This document shows positions 31,202-41,442 of a stretch of DNA of 64,000 nucleotides, piece after piece. The notes below the pieces were generated by a model. It searched no databases, was not told the origin of the DNA, and saw only the letters and a list, made by a program, of their open reading frames with translations. The position numbers were made by a program, and so were the translations under genes. Positions within the stretch are counted from its first letter, which is position 1. The number at the start of each line of letters is the position of its first letter. This DNA is from Chloropicon primus (lineage: Eukaryota): positions 434,001 to 498,000 of the forward strand of contig CP060766.1 of NCBI GenBank assembly GCA_023205875.1, written 5' to 3'.

Positions 31202-32833
31202 TTATTCTTGACTCGGGCTTGCGCCCGCAAGGGAGTCCTTGTCCTCGGCGCAGGGCAGGTAATACAAGCCCTCGTGGTGCTCGCTGACGGACCAGATGGC
31301 TTTGCCCTCCTGGTGGCTTGGAATTCCAGTGTAGTCGTAAGCAACGCCTTCCTGGCCCTTCCAGTACTCGTCCGACTCGTCCTCGCTCCCGTCCCGGTTG
31401 GTGGTGCTCACCTGCCTCGCAAAGGCGAGCGTTGTGAAATCAAAGGCCGACGTTAGGGTGTACTCGAAAATCCCTCCGTAGGTCGCAAGAAGGAGCTTCT
31501 TCCCCGAGTCGTGGAGGTCTGCGGCCGCGATGTTCCTGATGTTTCTGTGGCCGCGCTTCGTCTCGTTACAGTTTCTCTCCAAGATCTCCCAAGGGGTCCC
31601 AACTTGCTTGGGCTCCTCCACGCTCCTGACCGCCAGGTCCCTCTCTGGCGGCGGCCTGCAACGTCTGCAAGTCAGCTCGCAGTAGTTCTTCTCGATCATC
31701 CAAGACTCGCCGCACTTTCCCCAATCGCGCTGCTTCCTGCACGAGTGGTCGGGCTGCTTCTCGGGGAGCTGCGTGCAGACCGGGAGGGAATCCGGGTAAT
31801 CGAAGACGGAAAAGTGCTCCTTGGCCTCCTTCCCGAACCTCGTGCAGTCCGGGTAAGGGTTCTCGACCTCGTTCACCTTGGACAGAAAGACGTGGTGGAC
31901 GTCCACCTTCTCCGTCGCGTTCATGAAGTCCCCGAGCTTGGATCCCCCTCGCACGGCGTCAAAATCGCACCTCCATTCTTCCCCCCCCCCGCCGAGAGCC
32001 GCCGGCCTCGTTCTCGTGCACGTCTCGACCAGCCCCCCGTGCGCGTTCGTGGACCGGAACCTCCTCCTCGTGCCGAGGTCGGGGGATTCCCACACGCCGG
32101 AGGGCCCGTTCCCGGCTTTGGAGAAAGTCTTCTCGATCAGCCAGAACTTGCTCCCGTTGCGGTGCGTTACCATGGCCTCGACGTTGGGCACTTGCTTCCA
32201 GTAAGACCCCGGATCGTACTTGAGCTTCAAGATCGTCGTGTCCTCCGCGCGGACGCCCGAGGGCGAGCCCCCGGAGGAGTACAGGTTGCCGAGCGCGTCG
32301 ACCTCGAACTTGGGCTCCTTGATGACGTACATCAGAATCTCCTTGGCCTTGGGCCCGAAGTTCGAGCCCGTGTCGGCGATCCAGATGCACCACTCGCGCG
32401 AGCCACCGTCGCCGCCGTCGGTCTCGTCGTCCTGAAACGGGCAGTGCGCCACCGAGATGTCCTCGAAGTCCGTGTGGTGGTTGATCTTGGGCAAGCCCTC
32501 GAGGTCAAGGACCTGCACGACGGCGCCGTCGCTCCTGCTCCTCCCGGCCTGGGCCTTGGCCTGGACCGCGAAAATGTGCTTGGGTGAGAAGTTGTCGTTA
32601 TGTAGCCACACAATTCCCGGGTTGAGGCGGGACGCGGCGATGCCGGACTCCTCCGTGATCAGACCCTTCCTCCGGAACCGGACCGCCTTGGATGGAGGAG
32701 CGTACTCCCCCTCGCACCACCGATGCTGCTGGTGCTGGGCGGCAACGCATGAGGAGGATCCGAGGAGGAGGAGGACGAAGAGGGGGAGGAGGACGAAGAT
32801 CCCGCCGACTGCTGCGCGAATCCTCTCTCCCAT
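31202..32833 (-). CDS. Secreted bacterial-like beta-propeller protein with an inserted 6-Cys ShKT-like module
   Basis: Signal peptide; EESGIAASRLNPGIVWLHNDN, DFEDIS, WIADTGSN, NVEAM, IAAADL, TYGGIFEY, QEGVAY. Confidence 0.85.
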   Translation of the reverse strand: MGERIRAAVGGIFVLLPLFVLLLLGSSSCVAAQHQQHRWCEGEYAPPSKAVRFRRKGLITEESGIAASRLNPGIVWLHNDNFSPKHIFAVQAKAQAGRSRSDGAVVQVLDLEGLPKINHHTDFEDISVAHCPFQDDETDGGDGGSREWCIWIADTGSNFGPKAKEILMYVIKEPKFEVDALGNLYSSGGSPSGVRAEDTTILKLKYDPGSYWKQVPNVEAMVTHRNGSKFWLIEKTFSKAGNGPSGVWESPDLGTRRRFRSTNAHGGLVETCTRTRPAALGGGGEEWRCDFDAVRGGSKLGDFMNATEKVDVHHVFLSKVNEVENPYPDCTRFGKEAKEHFSVFDYPDSLPVCTQLPEKQPDHSCRKQRDWGKCGESWMIEKNYCELTCRRCRPPPERDLAVRSVEEPKQVGTPWEILERNCNETKRGHRNIRNIAAADLHDSGKKLLLATYGGIFEYTLTSAFDFTTLAFARQVSTTNRDGSEDESDEYWKGQEGVAYDYTGIPSHQEGKAIWSVSEHHEGLYYLPCAEDKDSLAGASPSQE

Positions 32834-33022
32834 GACGACGACGACGGCGAGGAAGAGGAGGAGGACTGGCGGTTACAGGCGTTATGCCCACTGATCATCG
32901 TCGTCGCCTCGCCCATTTGCATTTTCATCTTGGAAATCGAGAAATGAAAATGCTCGATCAGATCGAACGAATGCAGGCGTCGAGGATGAGAAGAGCGAGA
33001 GGAGCGCTGCATTTGGGTCGCA

Positions 33023-34279
33023 ATGGCGCCGATCTCTCGACCAGGACGGGGCCGAGGCTCCCTCAACGCCGTCCTCGTCGTCGTCGTCTCTGGTTTCTTT
33101 CTTCTTCTCCTCGGTGCAGTCGCGGCGTGCCCGTCGGGTTATGGTGACCCTGTCGCTATCGGGTACACGGGTGGTGGGGGCTGGGTGGAGGAAGAGAGCG
33201 GCATCGCCGCGTCCCGCCTCAATCCCGGTGTCCTTTGGCTGCACAATGACAACTATGACTCCAAGTTCGTGTACGCGGTGTCCACCCGCACGGGCCACGT
33301 CGTGTCCGTCCTCGATCTCGAGGGTTTGCCTGGCGTCAACCAGTACTCAGACTTTGAGGACTTGGCCCTCGCGCCCTGCCCGTTTCAAGCAAGCATCGCG
33401 GAGGACCGGAAGGAGCACTGCATTTGGGTCGGGGAGGTCGGGAACAACGCCGAGTGGGGGAAGGGTGCGTTCGTGTACGTCATCCCGGAGCCCTTGCTTG
33501 GGGAGATCCACGACGAGATGGGTCCCGTAACGCCCAGGAGACCCGAGCAAGCCGTGACCTTTCGGCTGGACTTTGAGCACTACGAGTACTTCAAGTCGCC
33601 CAACGTGGAGGCCATGGCGGTGGCCGGCGACGGCAGCAGGTTCTGGCTGTTTCGCAAGACGACGAGTCACGACGGTGACGGCCCTGCGGAGATATGGGAG
33701 AGCCCAAGTCTGCTAGAGGGGGAAAGCTTCCCGAGGGACGCGTGCGAGGTGGACTCCAACTCGACGTGGATCTGCTCCCTGTCCGACCGGGAGTTCGAAT
33801 GGACGATGACCTCGCACCCGCACGGAGCTGCGGAGCTCGGCCCGTGGAGGAAGCCCTCCCTGTCCATTCGTTCGTCACCGGGCGACCAGAGCGCAAAGGT
33901 CGGGACGGTCATCCCGCTGCGGCTGTCGAGCCTCGGCAAGATGACGAACCCCGAGCTCGAGGGGGTTCCCAAGGAGTCCCAGAAGGACAGGAGGAACATC
34001 GCTGCCGCAGACCTATCTCTGGACGGCAAGAGGCTTCTCCTCGGCACGTACGGCGGAATCTTCGAGTACGACCTCGGCTCGCCTTACGACATGGCCAGCG
34101 TCCTCGGCTCGCGAGCAAAGCAGCTGACCCGAGTGAACCGCGATGGGAGCTCGATGCTCAGCATCGGTGGCGGGGACTTTTGGGCAGGCCAAGAGGGCGT
34201 CTGCTACGACGCATCCGGCGGTGGCATCTGGTCCGTCAGCGAGCACCACAAGAAATTGTACTTTCTCCCCTGCCTGTGA
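33023..34279 (+). CDS. Secreted bacterial-like beta-propeller protein, paralog of 31202-32833
   Basis: Signal peptide; the same ordered motifs from EESGIAASRLNPGVLWLHNDN to IWSVSEHH..LY.LPC. Confidence 0.85.
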   Translation: MAPISRPGRGRGSLNAVLVVVVSGFFLLLLGAVAACPSGYGDPVAIGYTGGGGWVEEESGIAASRLNPGVLWLHNDNYDSKFVYAVSTRTGHVVSVLDLEGLPGVNQYSDFEDLALAPCPFQASIAEDRKEHCIWVGEVGNNAEWGKGAFVYVIPEPLLGEIHDEMGPVTPRRPEQAVTFRLDFEHYEYFKSPNVEAMAVAGDGSRFWLFRKTTSHDGDGPAEIWESPSLLEGESFPRDACEVDSNSTWICSLSDREFEWTMTSHPHGAAELGPWRKPSLSIRSSPGDQSAKVGTVIPLRLSSLGKMTNPELEGVPKESQKDRRNIAAADLSLDGKRLLLGTYGGIFEYDLGSPYDMASVLGSRAKQLTRVNRDGSSMLSIGGGDFWAGQEGVCYDASGGGIWSVSEHHKKLYFLPCL

Positions 34280-34317
34280 GCGACGGGACTAAAATCCTAA
34301 ACCGATTCAATCCATCA

Positions 34318-34323
<6 letters not shown>

Positions 34324-34365
<42 letters not shown>

Positions 34366-34380
34366 CGTGCGTGCGTGCGT
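34324..34380. repeat. (CT)n + (GTGC)n microsatellite
   Basis: Direct reading. Confidence 0.9.
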
Positions 34381-34393
34381 GTTCGAGGGACTG

Positions 34394-34550
34394 CGCTTCC
34401 TTCTTTCTTGTCCTCGGTGTCCCCCCCCCCCTCTCTCTCTCTGTCTCGTCTCGTCCTCGTTCGCCCTCGTGCTCGGCCGTTATGATGGTTCAGCGGAAGG
34501 GAGAAATCCACCAGAAGAGAAGAAACAGGAGAAAGGAGAGAGAGGGGAGA
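34394..34550 (+). repeat. Dispersed repeat copy A (97-bp core 34432-34528 identical to the reverse complement of 57132-57228)
   Basis: Manual reverse-complement comparison. Confidence 0.93.
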
Positions 34551-34663
34551 GGAGGAGTTGGATACTGGTAGAGCAAGTGATTGAGAAGACTCTTTTCCTG
34601 AGGCACGCACCCATCTCATGCCTCTCTCTCATGCCACACGAGCATCGTTCCATCGTTCCGTCC

Positions 34664-35851
34664 ATGGCTTCTCCTGTTTCGTCGAGAAGGGTTGCGACGT
34701 TGGTGTCTGCTCTCGTGGGTGTCCTGTCGTTCGTGGTGCTCCGGACACCAGGCATCGGGTACGGCGAATGTGAGAACCAGCCGGTGCCGGGGACCATGGA
34801 GATCCTCACGGACTATCCTCCAACATGCGGACTGACGGAGCTGAAGCCCAAGGAGGTTGACGACGTCAGAGTTTTCGCTTACAACCAAAAGGGCGGGTGG
34901 TGCTGGAGCAATAGCGGCGTCGTGTACTCGGTGAAGAGGAACGAGGTAACGCTCATCGATGTGTTGACGGATCCAAAGCAGACCGAGAAGCTCCTCCAGC
35001 AAGTGGACAAAGCCTTGCCAGGAGCCAAGCTGAAGACCTTGGTACTGACACACTGCGACGTCGACCATATTGGAGGCTTTCAACTCGTCCAAAATATGGT
35101 GGAGGAGGTTTACGCCGCCAAGGGGTGCGAGGATGCGATGAAGGCGTTCTATCAGAGCCGCATGGGAGTCAAGGTCAAGCTCCTGCACCACGCTTGGAGA
35201 ATCCTGGACAATCCTTTGACGAGGAGGGCGTTCGGCGGTGGCGATACCGTCCCGAGATGGTTGGCGAAAATCGCGATGGCGCCCCTTTTCGACCCCTTTG
35301 CGTGGGACAAAGTGAGCAGCTGGAGGGAGATCAGCCAAGGAAAGTTTGTGACCTCCGAGCTCCAAGGCCAGAGGCTCACCATCAACGAGCACGTGACTCT
35401 CATCACAGTAAACGTGTCGTCGCACAGCGACCACGATCTAGTTGCGGAGGTGGGAGGCGTGAGGTTCGTCGGCGACATCCTTTTCAATGGAATCACTCCA
35501 CTGATATGGAGTGGAACCATTCACGACGCCTTGCGAGTAGCTGACGATTTTGGAAAGAATTGGGATGGATTCATTGTCCCGGGCCACGGAGCGATCCAGC
35601 ACTCGTTTCAAAAGCCGTTCGAGACGAGTGCTGGATACTGGAGGAACCTGCTGAAGGTCTACGAGGACAAGGGCCAGTCAGAATTTACTGTAAGCGTTCT
35701 TCAGCTGCTTCCTTCCGTATATCGCAAGTGGGAGGACCCGGAAAGGACTTTGATCAACCTTTGGGTTCACGAGCTTTACGAGAACAACCCGGGAGCTAAG
35801 GTCAACAAGCTCGGCTTGATCGCCAAGTACATGTCCCACAGACCCCTGTAA
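34664..35851 (+). CDS. Metallo-beta-lactamase-fold protein (cyclase-like), N-terminal membrane anchor or signal
   Basis: GGWCWSNSG, LIDVL, THCDVDHIGG, SHSDHD, FVGDILF, IVPGHG. Confidence 0.85.
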   Translation: MASPVSSRRVATLVSALVGVLSFVVLRTPGIGYGECENQPVPGTMEILTDYPPTCGLTELKPKEVDDVRVFAYNQKGGWCWSNSGVVYSVKRNEVTLIDVLTDPKQTEKLLQQVDKALPGAKLKTLVLTHCDVDHIGGFQLVQNMVEEVYAAKGCEDAMKAFYQSRMGVKVKLLHHAWRILDNPLTRRAFGGGDTVPRWLAKIAMAPLFDPFAWDKVSSWREISQGKFVTSELQGQRLTINEHVTLITVNVSSHSDHDLVAEVGGVRFVGDILFNGITPLIWSGTIHDALRVADDFGKNWDGFIVPGHGAIQHSFQKPFETSAGYWRNLLKVYEDKGQSEFTVSVLQLLPSVYRKWEDPERTLINLWVHELYENNPGAKVNKLGLIAKYMSHRPL

Positions 35852-36128
35852 AACTACTTCTACTCCTACATCATCCACGTTTTCATCCATCCATCCAGAA
35901 AGGAGGAGCAAGTGAGAAGCGAGGAAGCGAGAAAGCGAGACAAGAGGCAAAACATCCGTCCTTGCCCACCCTCCCCCAACCCCTTTCTCCCCTCCGTCAT
36001 CATCTTCCCCTTGGGATGAACGCGCCAGATCGCCTAGATCGCCAGAGAGAGAGAGAGATCCGCTCGCGCCAAAAAATAAAAAATAAATCCGATCGATCGA
36101 GGCGACGCGGACGGCGTGTCCTCAAGAG

Positions 36129-39100
36129 ATGATGGCGAGCGAGCCGAGGAGCAAGCGTGCGAGGACGGGAGGATCCACCACCACTTCCTCCTCCACCACT
36201 TCTTCCTCTTCCTCTTTCGGTCCCGGCAGCGTCAGGAAAGTCGTGCTGCATAACTTCATGACGTACACGGACTGCTGGTTCTCCCCTGGGCCGAACCTCA
36301 ACCTCATCCTTGGGCCGAATGGCAGCGGCAAGTCGACGATCGTCTGCGCCCTCTGCATCGGTCTCGCGGCCTCGTCCAAGGTGCTCGGCAGGGCGGACAA
36401 CGTGAAAGACTTCGTGAAGAGGGGAGAGCAGAGCGGTTGGGTGGAGATCCACATCCAGGAGAACGAGAACAAGACCATGTCGATCAGGAGAACTTTGATG
36501 AAGGCGTCCAACTCAAGCACTTGGCTCGTGAACGGAAGCAGAGCGACGTTGACGGAGGTCCAGAAGCACGTCAAGAGGTTGAACGTCCAGATCGAGAACT
36601 TGTGCCAGTTCCTGCCTCAGGACAAGGTGGTCTCGTTTGCCAAGCTGAGTCCCGAGGAGCTCCTGAAGGAGACGGAGAAAGCCATAAGCACGGAGAGCTG
36701 CGGGACGGGATCGCTGTACGACAAGCACTGCGAGCTGGAGCGGTTTCACTCGGACTCGGAGAGGCTCACTCGGTACATCCAGACCTACAAGACGAAGCTC
36801 GGGAACCTCCTGGCCCAGAAGAACGAGCTGGAGAGGGACGTGGACAAGGTGAAGCAGAAGCAGAAGGTGGAGGAGGACAAGGCGTGGGCGGAGAAGAAGA
36901 TGAAGTGGGTCATTTACGATGACGTGAAAGCAAAGTACTTGGAGTGCAAGGAAGCGTTCGCGAAGGCCAAGGACATGCACAAGAAGAAGGCTGGCGCGCT
37001 CGCGACCACGGAGAAGAAAGTCAAGAAACTCGAGCAGGTGGAGAAGAAGCTTTCGGAGAAGGCTGGCGCGTCAGTCAAGGAGGTGAGGGCCTTGAACGAA
37101 TCCCTGGCCAAGGGGCAGCAGAAGGTCGATGACGGCTTCAGGGCTACCGAGGGAATCGAGGACCAGATCAGCACGTTCGCCGAGGAGAAGGCACAGCATG
37201 AAACCAAGGTGTCGGATCTGGAGAGGGACTTGGAGGACCTTGCGAGGGAGCTCGAAGTCTGGCAGGACAAGGAGAAGAGCGGTCAGAGCACCTTCACGGG
37301 TCAACACCAAGAGAGGCTCAGCGAGATCAAAACGCAGGTGCAGGGGTACCATGAGGAGCACTCGCAGCACCGCCAGAAGCTCAACAAAATCAAGCGAGTG
37401 AAGGACAAGGTCAGCGTCACTTTGGGGTACATCGAGGAGAAGCTGTCCTCCTTCACGGACAGCACAACGCAGAGGATCGAGGCGGCCGGTCGCCTGAACC
37501 CGAGCGTAAAGGTCTTGGGTGCCAGGAGGTGGATAGAAGAGAACCAGAACAGATTTAGGGGCCGGGTCTACGGGCCTCTGGCCGCGGAGGTCCAGGTCGC
37601 CCACGACCAGCACGCGGTTTACCTTGAGAACCAGGTCCCCCAGTACGTCTGGCAATCCTTTGTGGCCTCGTACAGCGACGACAGAGACATTCTGCAGATG
37701 GAGCTCAACAAGAAACGGAGGATGGGCGTCACGGTCCTTTACACGCCACAGTCAGGCCCTCTGAGCCATCCGCACGGCGACGCTGATCGGTATAAAAACC
37801 TGGACGTTGCACACACGATGGACGAGACGTTCGAGGCCCCCATGGTCGTGAAGAACGTCTTGAAGGACATGGCGGGCATAAACATGGCTTACATTGGGAC
37901 GGCCTACACACAGAGGCAGATCGAGCAGGCCGGGCAGAGGGGCGAAAGACCGGCGTGGCGGGGCACCCCTATCTCTAATCTGTGGACACCGGAGACTCGC
38001 TACATGAAGACGAAGAGTCGTTACGACGGGCACGAGTCCCTGCGCACAAATGCGGTGAGGCCGTCCAGGCTCCTCGTGCAGGGCGGGGGCCAGGGTGATC
38101 AGGCCCAGGAAAGGGCGGATCTGCAAAGGGAGAAGGATCAGCAGATGAAAGAGCTGGGGAGCATCGAGAGGGAGATTGAGGAGCTAGAATCCAAGCTCGC
38201 GGAGCTGGATGCCAGCATCGACAGCCATGACAAGGAGAAGAAGAAGCTCCTGGGGCTGAAGAACCAATCAGCAAAGAAAATCAAAGCCATCAAGATGGCT
38301 CAGACGAACAAGAGCAGGATCTTGGCAAAGCTGAAGTTGAAGTCTTACACAGCAGAAGAGGAAGCGGAACTTGCATCCGAGAGGGTGAAATCAGTGCGAA
38401 AAACAGCTCGGTCAGCCATTTCGTGTGTCAAGGCCTTCTCAGTACTCGCGGACAAGCACTTTGCCAGCGTCCCGCTGCACATGGAGCAAGAAGTCGCCCA
38501 GGAAAACATCATGGCCGACCGCATCACCTTGAGGCACCACAAGGAGGAGGCGAACGTGGCAGCACTGACTGTCGACAAGGTCCAAACGCTGTTTGAGCTT
38601 GACAGGGCGAAGCTTAAGAAGGCCAAGGAAGAGGCGGAGGCATCTCAAAAGCTGACGGATGAATCCAGGTCGCAATTCGACAAGTATCCGAGCAAGAAAG
38701 AGGAGCTGGAGGAGGTCATCATCAAGCTGCAGTCCAAGATCAACGCGCTTGCGATATCGGATCCGAACATCCTTGAGGAGTACGAACAAGTCACCAAGGC
38801 GATTGACGAGGTGCAGGCGACCTTGCTCTCGAACGAAGAGGACTACAACAACTTTGAGACTAATCTCCGCAAAAAGGAGGAGGCTTGGCTCAATCCTCTC
38901 CAAGACGTGGTCAAAAGGGTGAACGAGAAGTTCACCAGCCTGTTTGCGGACTTGGGCTTCGTGGGGGAGGTGAGGCTGAAGCCCTCGGGGGAGGGGTACC
39001 ACAAGTACAGGCTGGAAATACACGTGAAATTCCACGACAAGGATAACTTGCAGATCTTGACTTCGACCGTCCAGAGCGGGGGGGAGAGAAGTGTCTCGAC

Positions 39101-39362
39101 AATCATTTACTTGATTGCCTTGCAGCAGCTCACGCCTTGCCCTTTTAGGGTGATCGATGAAATTAACCAGGGCATGGACCCAACGAACGAGCGCTTGGTG
39201 TTCAAGAAGCTCGTGGAGGAGGCCTGCATACCGGGAAGCCCTCAGTGCTTCCTTCTGACGCCCAAGCTCTTGCCCTCGCTGCATTACAGCGACGAGGTAA
39301 CGGTCGTGAACATCTTCAATGGGCCCTTCATGAGCTTGGAGAGGGAGCTGAGGTTCATCTGA
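36129..39362 (+). CDS. SMC5: Structural maintenance of chromosomes protein 5
   Basis: HNFMTY, GPNGSGKS, NLCQFLPQDKV, coiled coils and hinge, QSGGERSVST, PFRVIDEINQGMDP.NER, QCFLLTPKLL. Confidence 0.96.
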   Translation: MMASEPRSKRARTGGSTTTSSSTTSSSSSFGPGSVRKVVLHNFMTYTDCWFSPGPNLNLILGPNGSGKSTIVCALCIGLAASSKVLGRADNVKDFVKRGEQSGWVEIHIQENENKTMSIRRTLMKASNSSTWLVNGSRATLTEVQKHVKRLNVQIENLCQFLPQDKVVSFAKLSPEELLKETEKAISTESCGTGSLYDKHCELERFHSDSERLTRYIQTYKTKLGNLLAQKNELERDVDKVKQKQKVEEDKAWAEKKMKWVIYDDVKAKYLECKEAFAKAKDMHKKKAGALATTEKKVKKLEQVEKKLSEKAGASVKEVRALNESLAKGQQKVDDGFRATEGIEDQISTFAEEKAQHETKVSDLERDLEDLARELEVWQDKEKSGQSTFTGQHQERLSEIKTQVQGYHEEHSQHRQKLNKIKRVKDKVSVTLGYIEEKLSSFTDSTTQRIEAAGRLNPSVKVLGARRWIEENQNRFRGRVYGPLAAEVQVAHDQHAVYLENQVPQYVWQSFVASYSDDRDILQMELNKKRRMGVTVLYTPQSGPLSHPHGDADRYKNLDVAHTMDETFEAPMVVKNVLKDMAGINMAYIGTAYTQRQIEQAGQRGERPAWRGTPISNLWTPETRYMKTKSRYDGHESLRTNAVRPSRLLVQGGGQGDQAQERADLQREKDQQMKELGSIEREIEELESKLAELDASIDSHDKEKKKLLGLKNQSAKKIKAIKMAQTNKSRILAKLKLKSYTAEEEAELASERVKSVRKTARSAISCVKAFSVLADKHFASVPLHMEQEVAQENIMADRITLRHHKEEANVAALTVDKVQTLFELDRAKLKKAKEEAEASQKLTDESRSQFDKYPSKKEELEEVIIKLQSKINALAISDPNILEEYEQVTKAIDEVQATLLSNEEDYNNFETNLRKKEEAWLNPLQDVVKRVNEKFTSLFADLGFVGEVRLKPSGEGYHKYRLEIHVKFHDKDNLQILTSTVQSGGERSVSTIIYLIALQQLTPCPFRVIDEINQGMDPTNERLVFKKLVEEACIPGSPQCFLLTPKLLPSLHYSDEVTVVNIFNGPFMSLERELRFI

Positions 39363-39417
39363 GGTTCATCTGAGCTGCGTAATGTTTTTTTAAAATTGTT
39401 TGTTTTGTTTTGTATCT

Positions 39418-41048
39418 CTACATCTGCTTATACTTCTTCCTTGAGCGCAAAAAGAGCGCCAAGGCTGCGAAGCAACTGAGGAATGCGATGCCCGAGACAA
39501 CCATGAAGGTCTGCCTGAAGCAGACCCTTCCGTAGCATTCCGCGGAGGCGTGGTGCTGCTTCTTCCTCTGGTAGTCGTAAAACCGCCCGCTCAATTGCGT
39601 GGAAAGCAAGAAGTCTCCGAACACGCTGGAGAGGGTCGTCATGTTGTAGTTGGACGCAAACGCTTTTGTTCCGAAGAACGGACGATCGCAAAGGATCGAT
39701 GGGATGAGTGACCAGACCGTTCCGAACGCGAGCCCGCCAATCAGAACCGGGATGTAGAGCTTGTCAAAAGAGATGAAGTTCAACAGGATGAAATCGAAAC
39801 CCAACATAAGTCCAGGGACCATCAGGAACAACGTTCTCGGGACTCTGTACTTGGAGAGCATGTGCTGAGATAGGTAGCCTGCCCCAAGCCTTCCGCAGCA
39901 ATTCATGAGGGAGAAAAGCTGGACGTAGATGGTGCACTCCGTCTTCTTGCCGTCGGTGAAAGCAGGAACAATCTGCCCCAAATTATGCAAGAGAGTCAAC
40001 CCGCAGCCACAGATGTTGCCGAATACAAACCAAAGCACTGCAGAGAAAAGGAAAGAAAATGGTCAGGCAAAGCTCCCGTTCCAGTCGTAGCACGCTTCCT
40101 TCAAGCAAACTTACGCCAAAAGTCCAGCCTCCTCAGCGTTTCCCCGAACGTCAATCCATCTTCCTCGGAAGCTTCTCCCCCCTTGTTTTGGTCTGTTGGG
40201 TCCGTCAGCCTCTGCAGCAAGTCGTCCTCCTCGTCCTCGTCGCTTCCAACCCTGATGCTTCTGATGCCGCCCGTGTACAGCGGGGAAGCAAGCAGCGGAA
40301 CGAAAGTCCCGAGGATCAACCAGACCCAGATAATCTTCCCCTCCCCCTTGTTCAGGGTCTTGATAAAGGTGGACATGAAGATCAGCACGACGATAACGAG
40401 GCCAGTCATCACAGCGACCTTGCAAGCTCTCCTGGCGTAGGATTGGCTTGTCTCGACATAGGGCACGATGTTCGTGAAGATGCCAGTCACCGTGGCAACG
40501 AGGGTTGGCGCTATCCCTTGCATCAGGAGGAACGACAAGGGCCTATCGGTGAAGTACGCTTTGAAGAACTGGGTGGACATCCCTGCACCAAGACCAACAA
40601 ATGACTTGAGAGCACCGATGACGATGCCAGACTCTTCCTTGAGGTTGCCGACGTTGGTGGCCATGACGGTGGTGTCAAGCCAGGTCGTTCCCGAGCCAGC
40701 TACGAAAGCGAACGCGCATATCATCCAATAGGGGATGCCCGTGAATCGTCCAGTTGCCACAGACCAAAAGCAAAAGTATCCAACAAAGTTGAAGATACAT
40801 CCTATCGCGATAATGCCTCTGGGTCCAGCCCTTGGCCAATGCTTGACCCTGTCATACACCAATCCAGCTGGCAGGCCAAAGTACGATCCGGCGGTGAGGG
40901 CAGTCTGCAGTCCCTGGAGCTTGGTGTCCGTGAGCTGAAGTATCCCTGTCTGGAGAGCTTGGGAATAATCTGAAAACGAGTACGTCTGTCCACCAAAGAT
41001 TTGCAAGAAGCTTCCCCAAGCGAAAGTAGTCGTCTTGCTAAAGTACAT
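39418..41048 (-). CDS. Nodulin-like MFS transporter (NFD4 family); exons 41048-40115, 40037-39418
   Basis: YSFSDYS, GLPAGLVYD, WLDT, GALKSFVGLG, DFWLLW, CYGRVCF; many TM helices; GTAAGT...CTGCAG intron in frame. Confidence 0.9.
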
Positions 41049-41442
41049 GATGACCCCCCTTCACTCCTGGCTCTCCCTCCCTTGCCCGGAACCCAGCAAC
41101 GTACCAGCAGCCCGCGCCTGGCCCTCCCTGTCCTTGGGATCCCTGTACCTTGTAATCTGAATCACCTTTCTGCAAGGAGGAAGGAGGACGAAGGAGGAGG
41201 ACGAAGGGGATGGCGAGGTGGTGGTAAGAGATGGACAGGAGGAGCACCAGCCTATTGGACGCTGCATCTTGGCTTCCTTGCAATCATCTGAATCACACAC
41301 ACACACACAACAACAACACAAAACCACGGTAGGGTAGGGGGACACGTCAAGGGTGGGCGTTCGGGAGCGAAGCTCGTTACTTGGTATACACAAACATAGA
41401 ATTACAATACGACAAAAATAAAGTGACAACAATGAAAAAGCA

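Noticed and set aside
39350..39373. 11-bp direct repeat at the SMC5 stop codon (gaggttcatct x2)
   Set aside because: A micro-duplication with no coding effect and no element between the copies.
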